A stretch of DNA of 64,000 nucleotides from Eledone cirrhosa (taxonomy: Eukaryota), in NCBI GenBank assembly GCA_964016885.1, contig OZ024763.1, positions 496,001 to 560,000 of the forward strand, given 5' to 3'. Shown here piece by piece: positions 1 to 13,507 of this stretch. The notes under the pieces are model-generated. The model searched no databases. It saw only the letters and a program-made list of their open reading frames with translations, and was not told the origin of the DNA. Positions within the stretch are counted from its first letter, which is position 1. Each line of letters starts with the position of its first letter. A program made the translations under genes and the position numbers.

Positions 1-103
1 ATATTTGAGGGCGGCTGGCTGTGAAGTTAGTTGGTCAGCCGCCTTCTCTATCTCTGGTTTCTCGGACCCATGGCTTTTTACATATTCCTTTGTTATATTC
101 CAC

Positions 104-159
104 TACCTGATGATATCACCGGATTCATATGGAACCCGGTCATTGAAATGATCATAGTA
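104..159 (+). ncRNA. type I hammerhead ribozyme motif
   Basis: TAC-CTGATGA-[stem II ACCGG..CCGGT]-GAAA-T-GATC-ATA-GTA, then AATAAA. Stem III is palindromic, the site is AUA, and (TA)n follows at about 210. Confidence 0.75.
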
Positions 160-209
160 TAATAAACCTTTCAAGGATTTACACCAGTCCAGCCTCCTGT
201 TACTTCATT

Positions 210-241
<32 letters not shown>

Positions 242-288
242 TAGAGAAGAAGTTTACGAAATGGAAATGCGGGTATATAGAATTTATT

Positions 289-415
289 AGGTAACAATTG
301 TTTCTATAGTGTATGGGTTACCTATACCTCGCTATACCTCGCTATTTGAATAATATACAAATATTATCATAAACCGAAGGTACACTGTAAGCAAACACAC
401 CATGTCTTCAGACCT
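289..415 (-). ncRNA. type I hammerhead motif with ~100-nt stem II insertion
   Basis: Minus strand: AGGT-CTGAAGA-CATGGTGT...ACACTATA-GAAAC-AATT-GTT-ACCT-AATAAA. Confidence 0.7.
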
Positions 416-487
416 TTGTATTAGAATGTTGGAATACAAATTTACTAATTATATATATATATATATAGATGTGATTACTACCACAGA

Positions 488-720
488 GGTCTGACAATCC
501 ATTGATTCCAGAGTTGGGCCAGATCAATATAGGTTGAACCTTGAGCCGATCAATAGCGAAACACACGTCACCAACCAGTAAATGTAATGGAGGAGTAACC
601 ATTCGTTCTTGTTTTATTTTATTACACTCTGTCTAGCTCTACACCTCAATATTGACGTGAACTTAAACATCGAGTGCTCACCCGGGTGAACCTACAGTAA
701 CTCCGTGTTACACTCCCTGG
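488..720 (+). mobile_element. hammerhead-bearing Penelope-like element remnant (HHR 488-572, degenerate core)
   Basis: GGT-CTGACAA...GAAAC-ACAC-GTC-ACC. Homologous to 18858-19075 and ends at (TA)n. Confidence 0.65.
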
Positions 721-758
<38 letters not shown>

Positions 759-765
759 ATATATG

Positions 766-804
<39 letters not shown>

Positions 805-1083
805 GTGGTTGTTTTTCCAGTTGTTATAAATATATTTCCTAATTGGACAAGGAAGTTAAGAAATAATGAAAGAAGCCATGTTTTAAATGTCTTTCTTGTT
901 GTGTGTCTTTGTATGTGAGTGTATGTGTGTGTTTTTGTGTGTGGTGTGTATGTGTGTGTCTTTATATGTCTGTATGTGTGTTTGATTAGTGTCTGTGTAT
1001 GTGTCTTTGTTGTCTGTGAGTGTGTGTTTTTGTGTGTGTCTGTCTTTGTTGTGTGTGTGTGTGTCTTTATTCTATGTGTGTGT

Positions 1084-2576
1084 CTACATGTGTATGTACC
1101 AATGTGTCTGTATGTCTGTACATGTGTATTACCAATGTGTCTGTATGTCTGTACATGTGTATGTACCATTGTGTCTGTATATCTGTTCATGTGTATGTAC
1201 CAATGTGTCTGTATGTCTGTACATGTGTATGTACCAATGTGTCTGTATATCTGTACATGTGTATGTACCAATGTGTCTGTATATCTGTTCATGTGTATGT
1301 ACCAATGTGTGTGTATATCTGTACATGTGTATGTACCAATGTGTCAGTATGTCTGTACATGTGTATGTACCAATGTGTCTGTATATCTGTACATGTGTAT
1401 GTACCAATGTGTCTGTATATCTGTACATGTGTATGTACCAATGTGTCTGTATATCTGTACATGTGTATGTACCAATGTGTCTGTATGTCTGTACATGTGT
1501 ATGTACCAATGTGTGTGTATATCTGTACATGTGTATGTACCAATGTGTCTGTATGTCTGTACATGTGTATGTACCATTGTGTCTGTATGTCTGTACATGT
1601 GTATGTACCAATGTGTCTGTATGTCTGTACATGTGTATGTACCAATGTGTCTGTATGTCTGTACATGTGTATGTACCAATGTGTCTGTATGTCTGTACAT
1701 GTGTATGTACCAATGTGTCTGTATGTCTGTACTACATGTGTATGTACCAATGTGTCTGTATGTCTGTACATGTGTATGTACCAATGTGTCTGTATGTCTG
1801 TACATGTGTATGTACCAATGTGTCTGTATATCTGTACATGTGTATGTACCAATGTGTCTGTATGTCTGTACATGTGTATGTACCAATGTGTCTGTATGTC
1901 TGTACTACATGTGTATGTACCAATGTGTCTGTATGTCTGTACATGTGTATGTACCAATGTGTCTGTATGTCTGTACATGTGTATGTACCATTGTGTCTGT
2001 ATGTCTGTACATGTGTATGTACCATTGTGTCTGTATATCTGTACATGTGTATGTACCAATGTGTCTGTATGTCTGTACATGTGTATGTACCAACGTGTCT
2101 GTATGTCTGTACATGTGTATGTACCAATGTGTCTGTATGTCTGTACATGTGTATGTACCAATGTGTCTGTATGTCTGTCCATGTGTATGTACCATTGTGT
2201 CTGTATGTCTGTACATGTGTATGTACCAATGTGTCTGTATGTCTGTACATGTGTATGTACCATTGTGTCTGTATGTCTGTACATGTGTATGTACCAATGT
2301 GTCTGTATGTCTGTACATGTGTATGTACCAATGTGTCTGTATATCTGTACATGTGTATGTACCAATGTGTCTGTATGTCTGTACATGTGTATGTACCAAT
2401 GTGTCTGTATGTCTGTACATGTGTATGTACCATTGTGTCTGTATGTCTGTACATGTGTATGTACCAATGTGTCTGTATGTCTGTACATGTGTATGTACCA
2501 ATGTGTCTGTATGTCTGTACATGTGTATGTACCAATGTGTCTGTATGTCTGTACATGTGTATGTACCATTGTGTCT
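1084..2576. repeat. 34-bp minisatellite, ~44 copies
   Basis: Unit TGTACATGTGTATGTACCAATGTGTCTGTATGTC. It explains the overlapping ORFs at 919-2641. Confidence 0.95.
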
Positions 2577-2760
2577 GGTAGGTAGAGTGTTGGCCTCAAC
2601 CAAATTGTCATTAGTTCAATTCCTGAACCAACAGTAGCCATATTGTGTTGTTCTTCACAAACTAAACACTTCCTTTCACATTGACCCGGTGTACTCTGTT
2701 GAAAATACCAGTAGCAGCAGCTGGGAGTTAACTCTGTGGTGGACTGCCATCTTATCCCGG
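2575..2760 (+). mobile_element. degenerate tRNA-derived SINE (family C-like)
   Basis: Decayed A/B-box head, plus similarity to the reverse complement of 3456-3653 and 29965-30243. Confidence 0.45.
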
Positions 2761-2883
2761 AGTTTGTCTTGTATTCTTATTTTCTGAATGAGGGGCAGTC
2801 TCTGGACTAATGAGTCTAATTTTCAAACGATTGTGTGTGTATGTGTTTAGATTTTTAAAAAAAGAGTCTAAAGCCTGTCTTAA

Positions 2884-3451
2884 CCCTTCAGCATTTAAAC
2901 CGGCCACATCCGGCCAAAATTCTGTCACCTCTTTCTGTTCAAACCAGCTGTAACTGGCCACTTATACTGATGTTATTTGTTCTCAAAACAAATAACATCA
3001 AAATCTCGTATATTTGATATCATGTGAGATAATTATGTAAGATAAAGCCTTTACCACAAAAATACAATAATATATATAGAATAATGTGGAGGCACATGGC
3101 TTAGTGGTTAGAGCATTGGCCTTGCAATCGAGAGGTTGTGAGTTCAATTCTCAGACCAGGTGATGTGTTGTTTCCTTGAGCAAGACACTTTATTTCACAT
3201 TGCTCCAGTTTACTCAGCTGTAGAAATGAGATGATAGGGACTGGGGTCCATATCATTCCACTGCAAAGTGGTCGTGGAGGTGCCACGGCAAAAAAGCACC
3301 CAGCCCACACTGTAAATGAGGTTGGTGTTAGGAAGGGCATCCATCTGTAGAAATCAAGCCAGAATCAGTTCCCGTCCGACCCTTGCAAGCAGCGAAAAAG
3401 AGGACGTAAAATGAAATGATGATGATATAGAATAATGTAAATGCTAAAGGG
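2884..3451. mobile_element. piggyBac-type MITE (TTAA TSD) interrupted by a SINE
   Basis: TTAA|CCCTTCAGCATTTA ... TAAATGCTAAAGGG|TTAA terminal inverted repeats. A second copy is at 55457-58111. Confidence 0.85.
3088..3424 (+). mobile_element. tRNA-derived SINE family A, full length with 14-bp TSD
   Basis: Head GGAGGCACATGGCTTAGTGGTTAGAGC...GAGTTCAATTCTC (A/B boxes), CCTTGAGCAAGACACTT core and (ATG)n tail. TSD ATATAGAATAATGT at 3074-3087 and 3425-3438. Confidence 0.9.
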
Positions 3452-3455
3452 TTAA

Positions 3456-3653
3456 GCCAGAAGGCTCATTTGACCGGTGCTTATCCCAGCTTCATGGTGT
3501 GAAGCGACTAAGAGTACAAGACTTCCCTCTGGACAGGAGACCAGCCCATTGCAGGGTTAAACCCCCAACTATTGCTGCTGGTACTCATTTTCAGCCGAGT
3601 ATACTGGAGCAACGTGAAATGAAGTGTTTTGGTGTTTTGCTGAAGAACACAAC
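3456..3653 (-). mobile_element. SINE family C, headless
   Basis: Homologous to 29965-30243. Confidence 0.7.
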
Positions 3654-3842
3654 AACGAAATTAGAAGCAGGTTAAAATACAAACCTGGACCGTATCAAAA
3701 GATATTATATAACATCTTTGATTGGTTTCTGTGAATCCTTAATCAGCAACAACAATCCATCTTGCAATATTTATATATATATATATATATATATGGAATT
3801 GAATAATCAAGACCGTGTAGTGGTATGTCATATTTCTAATCA

Positions 3843-3912
3843 TATATTTTGTCTGATGAGGGCGTTCTGAAAAACCAACACAGTACCTTTGAAATATATA
3901 TAATAAAGTATA
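3843..3912 (+). ncRNA. type I hammerhead motif
   Basis: TATATTTTGT-CTGATGA...GAAAT-ATAT-ATA-ATAAAGTATA, a 10-bp stem I with GU pairs. The element (about 3795-3958) lies between TA tracts and has a paralogue at 48807. Confidence 0.75.
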
Positions 3913-4077
3913 TATTTTCATTATGCGAATGATTTTCATTTGTTAATTTTTTGAATAATATATATATATATATAGGAAAATGTATGATCCCGTACCTTTT
4001 CTTATTACCCATCTACTATAAGTATTGAGTACTCTGGTTCCTTATGGTCCATTTGGTTCCTTAACACAACTCCTTCG

Positions 4078-4134
<57 letters not shown>

Positions 4135-4135
<1 letters not shown>

Positions 4136-4278
4136 ATAATTGTTTCTACTTTTGGCACAAGGCCAGCAATTACCCCAATGCATTACTGGTACTTTATTTT
4201 ATCGATCCCATAAGGATGAAAGGCAAAGGTGATCTCAGACCGTAAAGGGACGTAACTATGCTGGAAAGCATAGCGTCC
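4135..4278 (-). mobile_element. SINE family B, partial
   Basis: Reverse complement of the GCCTTTCATCCTTA..GATCGATAAAATAAAGTACCAGT core, matching 21223-21418. Confidence 0.8.
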
Positions 4279-4475
4279 ATAATAATAATAATAATAATAT
4301 TCATACCTAATATGAGTTATATATAATTATAAATATGAAAGGGTAGTACTAAGCACTACCCAATTACCAGTCACTCCTCATGTTCAATATGATGTCACTG
4401 ACACAGTAAATAGTAATGTATCTTTATGAATGTTCCAAAGACTAAGATTATAATTACTTGTTTAAATATTGTGTA

Positions 4476-4522
4476 TGTTCTGATGAATCCAGACAGTTGT
4501 CTGGAAGAAACGATCGTCAGCA
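4476..4522 (+). ncRNA. type I hammerhead ribozyme motif (intact core)
   Basis: TGTT-CTGATGA-A-TCCAGACA-GT-TGTCTGGA-A-GAAAC-GATC-GTC-AGCA. GUC site, palindromic stem III ACGATCGT. Confidence 0.85.
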
Positions 4523-4610
4523 ATTAAATGTATTAAACTAAAATTTGATTGTTTTACATTTTGTATATAAATATATATATATATATATGTATGTATATAT
4601 GTATATTGTA

Positions 4611-4663
<53 letters not shown>

Positions 4664-4672
4664 TGTATATTT

Positions 4673-4740
<68 letters not shown>

Positions 4741-4861
4741 GTTTCCTTGTACTATGTGAGCAATAAAATATGCTTTCAGTTTTATTTTAAACTACTTGGT
4801 TTAAACTACTTCTTGCTGGCGGCTGAGTTTTAAGCTGAAAGTCTCTCACCTCCTCTTCCAT

Positions 4862-6320
4862 ACCACACCACACCACACTACACTACACCACACCGCACCG
4901 CACCACACCACACTACACTACACCACACCGCACCACACTACACCACATCGCACCACACTACACCATACCGCACCACGCTACACCGCACCACACTACACCG
5001 CACCACACCGTACCACACTACACCACACCGTACACCACCACACTACACTACACCACACCGTACCACACTACGCTACACCACACCACACCACACCACACCA
5101 CACCACACTACACTACACTACACTACACTACACCGTACCACACCACACCACACCACACCACACCACACCACACCACACCACACCACACCACACCACACCA
5201 CACCACACCACACCACACCACACCACACCACACCACACCACACCACACCACACCACACTACACTACACTACACTACACTACACTACACTACACTACACTA
5301 CACTACACTACACTACACTACACTACACTACACTACACTACACTACACTACACTACACTACACTACACTACACTACACTACACTACACTACACTACACTA
5401 CACTACACTACACTACACTACACTACACTACACTACACTACACTACACTACACTACACTACACTACACTACACTACACTACACTACACTACACTACACTA
5501 CACTACACTACACTACACTACACTACACTACACTACACTACACTACACTACACTACACTACACTACACTACACTACACTACACTACACTACACTACACTA
5601 CACTACACTACACTACACTACACTACACTACACTACACTACACTACACTACACTACACTACACTACACTACACTACACTACACTACACTACACTACACTA
5701 CACTACACTACACTACACTACACTACACTACACTACACTACACTACACTACACTACACTACACTACACTACACTACACTACACTACACTACACTACACTA
5801 CACTACACTACACTACACTACACTACACTACACTACACTACACTACACTACACTACACTACACTACACTACACTACACTACACTACACTACACTACACTA
5901 CACTACACTACACTACACTACACTACACTACACTACACTACACTACACTACACTACACTACACTACACTACACTACACTACACTACACTACACTACACTA
6001 CACTACACTACACTACACTACACTACACTACACTACACTACACTACACTACACTACACTACACTACACTACACTACACTACACTACACTACACTACACTA
6101 CACTACACTACACTACACTACACTACACTACACTACACTACACTACACTACACTACACTACACTACACTACACTACACTACACTACACTACACTACACCA
6201 CACCACACCACACCACACCACACCACACTACACTACACTACACCACACCATACTACACCACACCCTACCACACCACACCACACCACACCACACCACACCA
6301 CACCACACCACACTACAACA
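4862..6320. repeat. (CACTA)n/(CACCA)n pentanucleotide array
   Basis: Visible directly. Pure CACTA runs from about 5256 to 6195. Confidence 0.97.
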
Positions 6321-7104
6321 TACCACTCCACAACACACCGTTCCATACCAGCAGCTCTTTATGTCATTTAATATACAGTGTTATGAAATCCAATGAACAG
6401 TTCACTATGGCATTGTGTAGAAACACTGTCCAGCTTTGGGGATGACATCTTGTAAACCACTTCACAATATTGTTAGTGTATGTGGGTGGGGGTGGGGTGG
6501 GATGGGGGGTGGGGGGTTGTCTTTATTTCTTTATTTCTTGCTAAATTTAACAGAGTTTATTAATAGTTGGTTGTTGTTGTAGTAATGGTGACAGTGGTGG
6601 TGGTGGTGGTGGTGGTAGTGGTGGTTGGTGTCTCTCTTTATCTCTCTCTCTCTCTCTCCCGTTATTTCCCTCCCTCTTCATCTCTCTCTCTCTCCCTCTT
6701 CATCTCTCTCTCTCTCTCCTTCTTCAACTCTCTCTCCTCTCTCTCCCGTTATCTCCCTCCATCTCTCTCTCCCTCCCTCTTCAACTCTCTCTCCATCTCT
6801 CTCTCTCTCCCTCATCAACTCTCTCTCCCGTTATCTCCCTCCATCTCTCTCTCTCTCCATCTCTCTCTCCCGTTATCTCCCTCCCTCTTCAACTCTCTCT
6901 CCATCGCTCTCCCTCCCTCCCTCCCTCTTCAACTCTCTCTCCCGCTACCTCTCCCTCTCTCTTCATCTCTCCACCACTCTCTCTCTCTCCATCTATCTCT
7001 CCCTCCCACCACCCTCTCTCCTCCATAACACTACATGTTCAGAGAACCATGATAACAATATATATGCTTTATGAGATACAAATCTTAAGTCTCTCAGTTG
7101 TTCT

Positions 7105-7755
7105 TACATACACACACATACATATACACATACACATACACACACACACATACACACACACATATACACATAGACACACTCTTACACACTTATACATACA
7201 TTTACACTGACATATAGACACACTGACACACACACACATATCAACACAGACACACACACACACACATACATATACACATACACACACACATATACACACA
7301 CACACACACATAGACACACTCTTACACACTTATACTTACATTTACACTGACATATAGACACACTGACACACACACACATATCAACACAGACACACAGACA
7401 TACACAAACATACATATAGACATACACACACACATATACACTTACACACACACATATACACATACACACACACATATACACTTACACACACACATATACA
7501 CATAGACACACACATATACACATAGACACACTCTTACACACTTATACATACATTTACACTGACATATAGACACACTGACATACACACACATATCAACACA
7601 GACACATACACAGATACACACATAGCCACACACACACACATACAATGTGTGCGTGTGGCTATGTGTGTATTTGTGTGTTTGCGTGTATGCGTACGTGTCT
7701 GTCTGTCTGTGTGTATATATATATATATATATACACACACAGACAGACACGTACG

Positions 7756-7805
<50 letters not shown>

Positions 7806-7847
7806 CACTCAGACAGACACACAGACGTATACACACACACACATAGC

Positions 7848-7879
<32 letters not shown>

Positions 7880-7897
7880 CAGACAGACACACAGACG

Positions 7898-7959
<62 letters not shown>

Positions 7960-7999
7960 CACAGACAGACACACATACGTATACACACACACACATAGC

Positions 8000-8033
<34 letters not shown>

Positions 8034-8139
8034 CACAGACAGACACACAGACGTATACACACACACACATAGCCACACACACACATATATATATATATAT
8101 GTATACACACACACACATAGCCACACACACACACACAGC

Positions 8140-8179
<40 letters not shown>

Positions 8180-8378
8180 CACAGACAGACACACAGACGT
8201 ATACATACACACACATAGCCACACACACACATATATATATATATACAGACAGACACACAGACGTATACACACACACACATAGCCACACACACACATATAT
8301 ATATATATATATACAGACAGACACACAGACGTATACACACACACACATAGCCACACACACACACACATATATATATAT
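7105..8378. repeat. compound (CA)n/(TA)n minisatellite with local inversion
   Basis: Repeating CAGACAGACACACAGACGTATACACA..CATAGCCACAC units, with a reversed segment at about 7645-7715. Confidence 0.85.
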
Positions 8379-8704
8379 CAGATTAAACACATTTGTTATC
8401 TAAAATACATTTGTACATGAATTGACTCTCAAAGGGAAATCACTTGTAACAATAGTTTTTCTACAACATGAGTGTCTCTCTCTCTATATATATGTTTGCG
8501 TGTGTGTGTGTATATATTTATATATATATATATATATTTGTGTGTGTGTATATATATATATATATATACAAATATATATTAATATATATATTAATGGGAC
8601 ACGAGTATACAATACCTAACTCCTATTAACCTAAGTATATATATACAAATATATATATATATATATATATATACAAATGTATATATATATATATATATAT
8701 ATAT

Positions 8705-8739
<35 letters not shown>

Positions 8740-8766
8740 AATATGTATATATATATATATATATAT

Positions 8767-8851
<85 letters not shown>

Positions 8852-8887
8852 AATATATATGTATATATATATATACAAATATATATG

Positions 8888-8991
<104 letters not shown>

Positions 8992-9092
8992 AACACATAT
9001 ATATATATATACACACACACACAAACATATATATATATTGGAAAAGTAAATAACGAGTACAGTTATGAAAGGTGTGAGGTATTAGATTCCCG

Positions 9093-9142
<50 letters not shown>

Positions 9143-9157
9143 ATATATATATATATA

Positions 9158-9426
9158 TCATCATCATCATCATCATTTTTCGTCCGCTTTTCCCTGCTTG
9201 CAAGGGTGGGACGGGAACTGATTCTGGCTTGATTTCTACAGCTGGATGCCCTTCCTAACACCAACCTCATTTACAGTGAGTGCTGGGTGCTTTTTTTTCC
9301 CGTGGCACCTCCACGTCCACTTTACAGTGGAATGATAGGGACCCCAGTCCCTATCATCTCATTTCTACAGCTGAGTAAACTGGAGCAATGTGAAATAAAA
9401 TAAAGTGTCTTGGTCAAGGAAACAAC
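9158..9426 (-). mobile_element. SINE family A, head truncated
   Basis: Near-identical to the body of 10266-10606, with a (CAT)n tail. Confidence 0.85.
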
Positions 9427-9539
9427 GGAGCAATGTGAAATACATACACATACACACACATACATATGTATATATATATGAGCGTGAAATTAATAAACAT
9501 TCGTTGTACTGCCTCTCTGTTTTGTTCCTGTTCAAATTT

Positions 9540-9600
<61 letters not shown>

Positions 9601-9723
9601 TACTTTGGGAGGGTCATGTTGCCAATACAATAAACAAATTCAGAAACTATATATATACATATATACACATTTATCATCACCACCATCGTTTAACGTACAT
9701 CTTCCACACACACTCTCACAGGA

Positions 9724-9760
<37 letters not shown>

Positions 9761-9972
9761 CAGTAGTGGTACAAAATGGTAGGCAATCACCTTATAAACC
9801 AATCTAATCTCCTCAAACAAAAGAGCCATAATTCTTGTAAAATAGAACCATAATTTTCTCTTTGGAAATCTTGAAAACTTGCCATCAGTGTTACACATAC
9901 ACTGGTAGACATATATAGATATATATATAAATATATATACATAGACATATAGACATCTATATATATAGACAC

Positions 9973-10013
<41 letters not shown>

Positions 10014-10108
10014 GACATCTATATATATATAGAAGCATGTGTATATATATAGACACATGTGTGTATATATATATATATATACACATAGACATCTATATAT
10101 ATAGAAGC

Positions 10109-10139
<31 letters not shown>

Positions 10140-10265
10140 CACATAGACATCTATATATATAGACACATGTGTGTATATGTATATATATATACACATAGAC
10201 ATCTATATATATTGTCATATTGACATACATATATATATATACATACATACATAGACATATATATA

Positions 10266-10606
10266 TCATTTCATTTCATTTCATTTTACGTCCGCTTTTC
10301 CCTGCTTGCAAGGGTGGGACGGGAACTGATTCTGGCTTGATTTCTACAGCTGGATGCCCTTCCTAACACCAACCTCATTTACAGTGAGTGCTGGCTGCTT
10401 TTTTGCCGTGGCGCCTACACGTCCACTTTACAGTGGAATGATATTGACCCCAGTCCCTATCATCTCATTTCTACAGCTGAGTAAACTGGAGCAATGTGAA
10501 ATAAAGTGTCTTGCTCAAGGAAACAACACATCACCCGGTCTGAGAATTGAACTCACAACCTTTCGATTGCAAGGCCAATGTTCTAACCACTAAGCCATGT
10601 GCCTCC
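10266..10606 (-). mobile_element. SINE family A, full length
   Basis: Reverse complement of 3088-3424. Confidence 0.9.
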
Positions 10607-10706
10607 ATATATATATATATACATACATCCATAAACATATATATATATATCATCATCATCATCATCATCATATATATATATTTCCACACACACACACACA
10701 TACATA

Positions 10707-10760
<54 letters not shown>

Positions 10761-11053
10761 ATAAATAAATTATACAATTATCAAAGTTGTGTTCAAATCA
10801 TTTAATAGCTGACAATTGTTTCGTCCAAACTCTCGTTTGGAGTCATGTGAGCATTATCAATGTTTGTACATATAATTAACCTCCTATTCAACTGAACAAT
10901 AATATAGATACATATATATTGATGTTGTGAGCAACAGTTTCGTATTTACAGCATTGATAATGCTCTGATGACTCCAAACGAGAGTTTGGAGGAAACGATT
11001 GTCAGCTATTAAATGAATTGAACAGAACTTTGATAATTGTATAATTTATTTAT
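10761..11053. mobile_element. fold-back element with ~100-bp arms, each carrying a hammerhead
   Basis: Arms at 10761-10862 and 10952-11053. The minus-strand HHR at 10808-10852 has a mutated core, CACATGA. Confidence 0.85.
10962..11006 (+). ncRNA. type I hammerhead ribozyme motif (canonical core)
   Basis: GCT-CTGATGA-CTCCAAAC-GAGA-GTTTGGAG-GAAAC-GATT-GTC-AGC. Perfect 8-bp stem II with a GNRA loop. Confidence 0.9.
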
Positions 11054-11239
11054 TTATTTTCCTGTTCTGTAAAACAACTGATGTTCATACATTGAGCTAT
11101 TTCTCTTACTGGTAATAAGGTAATTAAGAAATGGCTGACCTTCCTGTTTATAGATGTTTATACTATATACATAACTATAAATAGTATTATTGTTATTATA
11201 TATATACACATACATGAGCATATATATATATATATATAT

Positions 11240-11368
11240 AGTGGAAAAATTTGAATAGGGACAAAACAGAGAGGCAGTACAACGAATGTTTATTAATTTC
11301 ACGCTCTGGACAGTGGGGTGTTGGTGGGGGATGATGTTTCGGGCATAAGCCCTTCCTCAGGTGAGAAG
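11240..11368 (-). mobile_element. hammerhead-core element remnant
   Basis: Minus strand: CTGAGGA-A-GGGC-TTAT-GCCC-GAAAC. The downstream tail is shared with 9481-9545 and 48985-49100. Stems I and III are unresolved. Confidence 0.65.
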
Positions 11369-12060
11369 TGTGTGTGTATATATATATATATACACACACA
11401 CACATATACACACATATACACACATATACACACAGACATGCATGCATGTACCCACACATACATATAAGCATCAACCTTATGTTGAGAACCAGTGTTACAT
11501 ATACACACACACAGGCATACATATACATACACACAGATACATAGACTTACATATACATACACACGCATACATATAGTCATACATAGTATTGGTGGTAGTA
11601 GAAGTAGTGGCAGTGGTGATGTTGTTGGTAGTAGTGGTGGTGGTGATAGTATAGGTTGTGGTGGTAGTGGTGATGGTAGTGGTGATGGTAGTAGTGGCAG
11701 TGGTAGTAGTAGTGGTGGTAGTGGTTGTATTAATAGTAGTGATGATAGTATAGGTAGTAGTGGTGGTAGTGGTGGCAGTAGTGGTGGTAGTGGTGGCAAT
11801 AGTAGTGGTAGTGGTGGCAGTAGTAATGGTAGTGGTGGCAGTAGTAGTAGTGGTGGTAGTGGTGGCAGTAGTAGCGGTAACGGTGGCAGTAGTAGTAGTA
11901 GCAATGATAGTACATGTAGTGGTAGTGATGTTGTAGCTGAGGTTACAGTAGTGATTATTTTCTCTGAACTCCCAGAGATTAACTTTAACCTCAATTTCAC
12001 AGAAAATGAATTCTCAATTGATTTCGGTCAACGGAAGTTTGAGGGAGGACATCTTTATAT

Positions 12061-12385
12061 TGTAGCATTGGGCATTGTCTTACTGTGGTGGAGAGGATGG
12101 TGGTGGTGTAGCATTGGGCATTGTCTTACTGTGGTGGTGGTGTTGATGGTGGTGGTGTAGCATTGGGCATTGTCTTACTGTGGTGGAGAGGATGGTGGTG
12201 GTGGTGTAGCACTGGGCATTGTCTTACTGTGGTGGAGAGGATGGTGGTGGTGGTGTAGCATTGGACATTGTTTTACTGTGGTGGAGAGGATGGTGGTGGT
12301 GGTGTAGCATTGGACATTGTTTTACTGTGGTGGAGAGGATGGTGGTGGTGGTGTAGCATTGGACATTGTTTTACTGTGGTGGTGG
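12061..12385. repeat. 46-49-bp minisatellite
   Basis: GTAGCATTGGRCATTGTYTTACTGTGGTGGAGAGGATGGTGGT, about 7 copies. Confidence 0.9.
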
Positions 12386-12612
12386 GGGGAGAGGGGAGAA
12401 AGTGAGAATAATGATGGTGATGGTGATAGTGGTGGTAATAATAATGATGATGATGATGATGGTGGTGGCGGTGATGGTGGAAATAATGATGGTGGTGGCG
12501 ATGGTGGAAATAATGATGGTGGTGGTGATGGTAATGATGGTGGTGATGGTAATGATGATGATGGTGGTGGTGGTAATGATGATGGTGGTGGTGGTAATGA
12601 TGATGATGGTAT

Positions 12613-12801
12613 TAATTGTTTCTACTTTAGGCACAAGGCCAGCAATTATCCCAGTACATTACTGGTACTTTATTTTAAAGACCCCGTAAGGATGAAAGGC
12701 AAAGTTAACCTCGGCGGGATTTGAACACAGACCGTAAAGGGACGTAACTCTATGCTGGAAAGCATGGCGTCTGACTTTCTTCCGATACTGCCAATCCACT
12801 G
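12613..12801 (-). mobile_element. SINE family B
   Basis: Reverse complement of 21223-21418, including the tRNA-like head. Confidence 0.85.
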
Positions 12802-13104
12802 AATATTACATAATCTGTGCTAAATTTCGTAAAGATAAACAATTTTTATTTGGAGGGGGGGGGCGTTTTTTATTTGGGGAGCCCCCAAATAAAAACCGGA
12901 TCCCCTCCAAATAAAAACGGACCTCCCCCCCAATAAAAAAACGCCCCCCCCCCCCTCCCCCGAAAAAAAAACCGGACGCTAGTCCTTCATCAGAAGAAAG
13001 AATGAGAAATAAAATAGATTGAGGGGACGGGCGGGATGGAATTGGAAAAAAATGTCTAAAAATAATGGGTCCATTCATGTTGACATCTCTTACATGTGTA
13101 TATA

Positions 13105-13145
<41 letters not shown>

Positions 13146-13266
13146 TTATATATATATATATTTATATATATATATATTTATATATATATATATTTATATA
13201 TTTATATATATATTTATATATTTATATATATATATATTTATATATATATATATTTATATATATATT

Positions 13267-13371
<105 letters not shown>

Positions 13372-13507
13372 ATATATATTTATATATTTATATTTATATA
13401 TATATTTATATATATATATATATTTATATATATATACGTGTGTGTGATTTATTATATTGTCATATCGTCTGCTGTGCTGCACCAGTGACGCTGATGAGTC
13501 TATTGAC

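Noticed and set aside
919-2641. Long Cys/Val/Tyr-rich ORFs in several frames
   Set aside because: They are translations of a stop-free 34-bp minisatellite that is open on both strands.
3088-3160. tRNA gene
   Set aside because: The A/B boxes belong to a SINE head that continues into a core and tail, is multi-copy, and has a TSD.
12840-12972. G/C/A homopolymer-rich stretch with weak symmetry
   Set aside because: It looks like low-quality consensus (similar at 30720-30850 and 49050-49190) and cannot be interpreted.
13491-13507. CTGATGA-GTC-TATT-GAC possible hammerhead start
   Set aside because: No GAAA or NUH follows and it runs into the GGTT array, so it may be chance.
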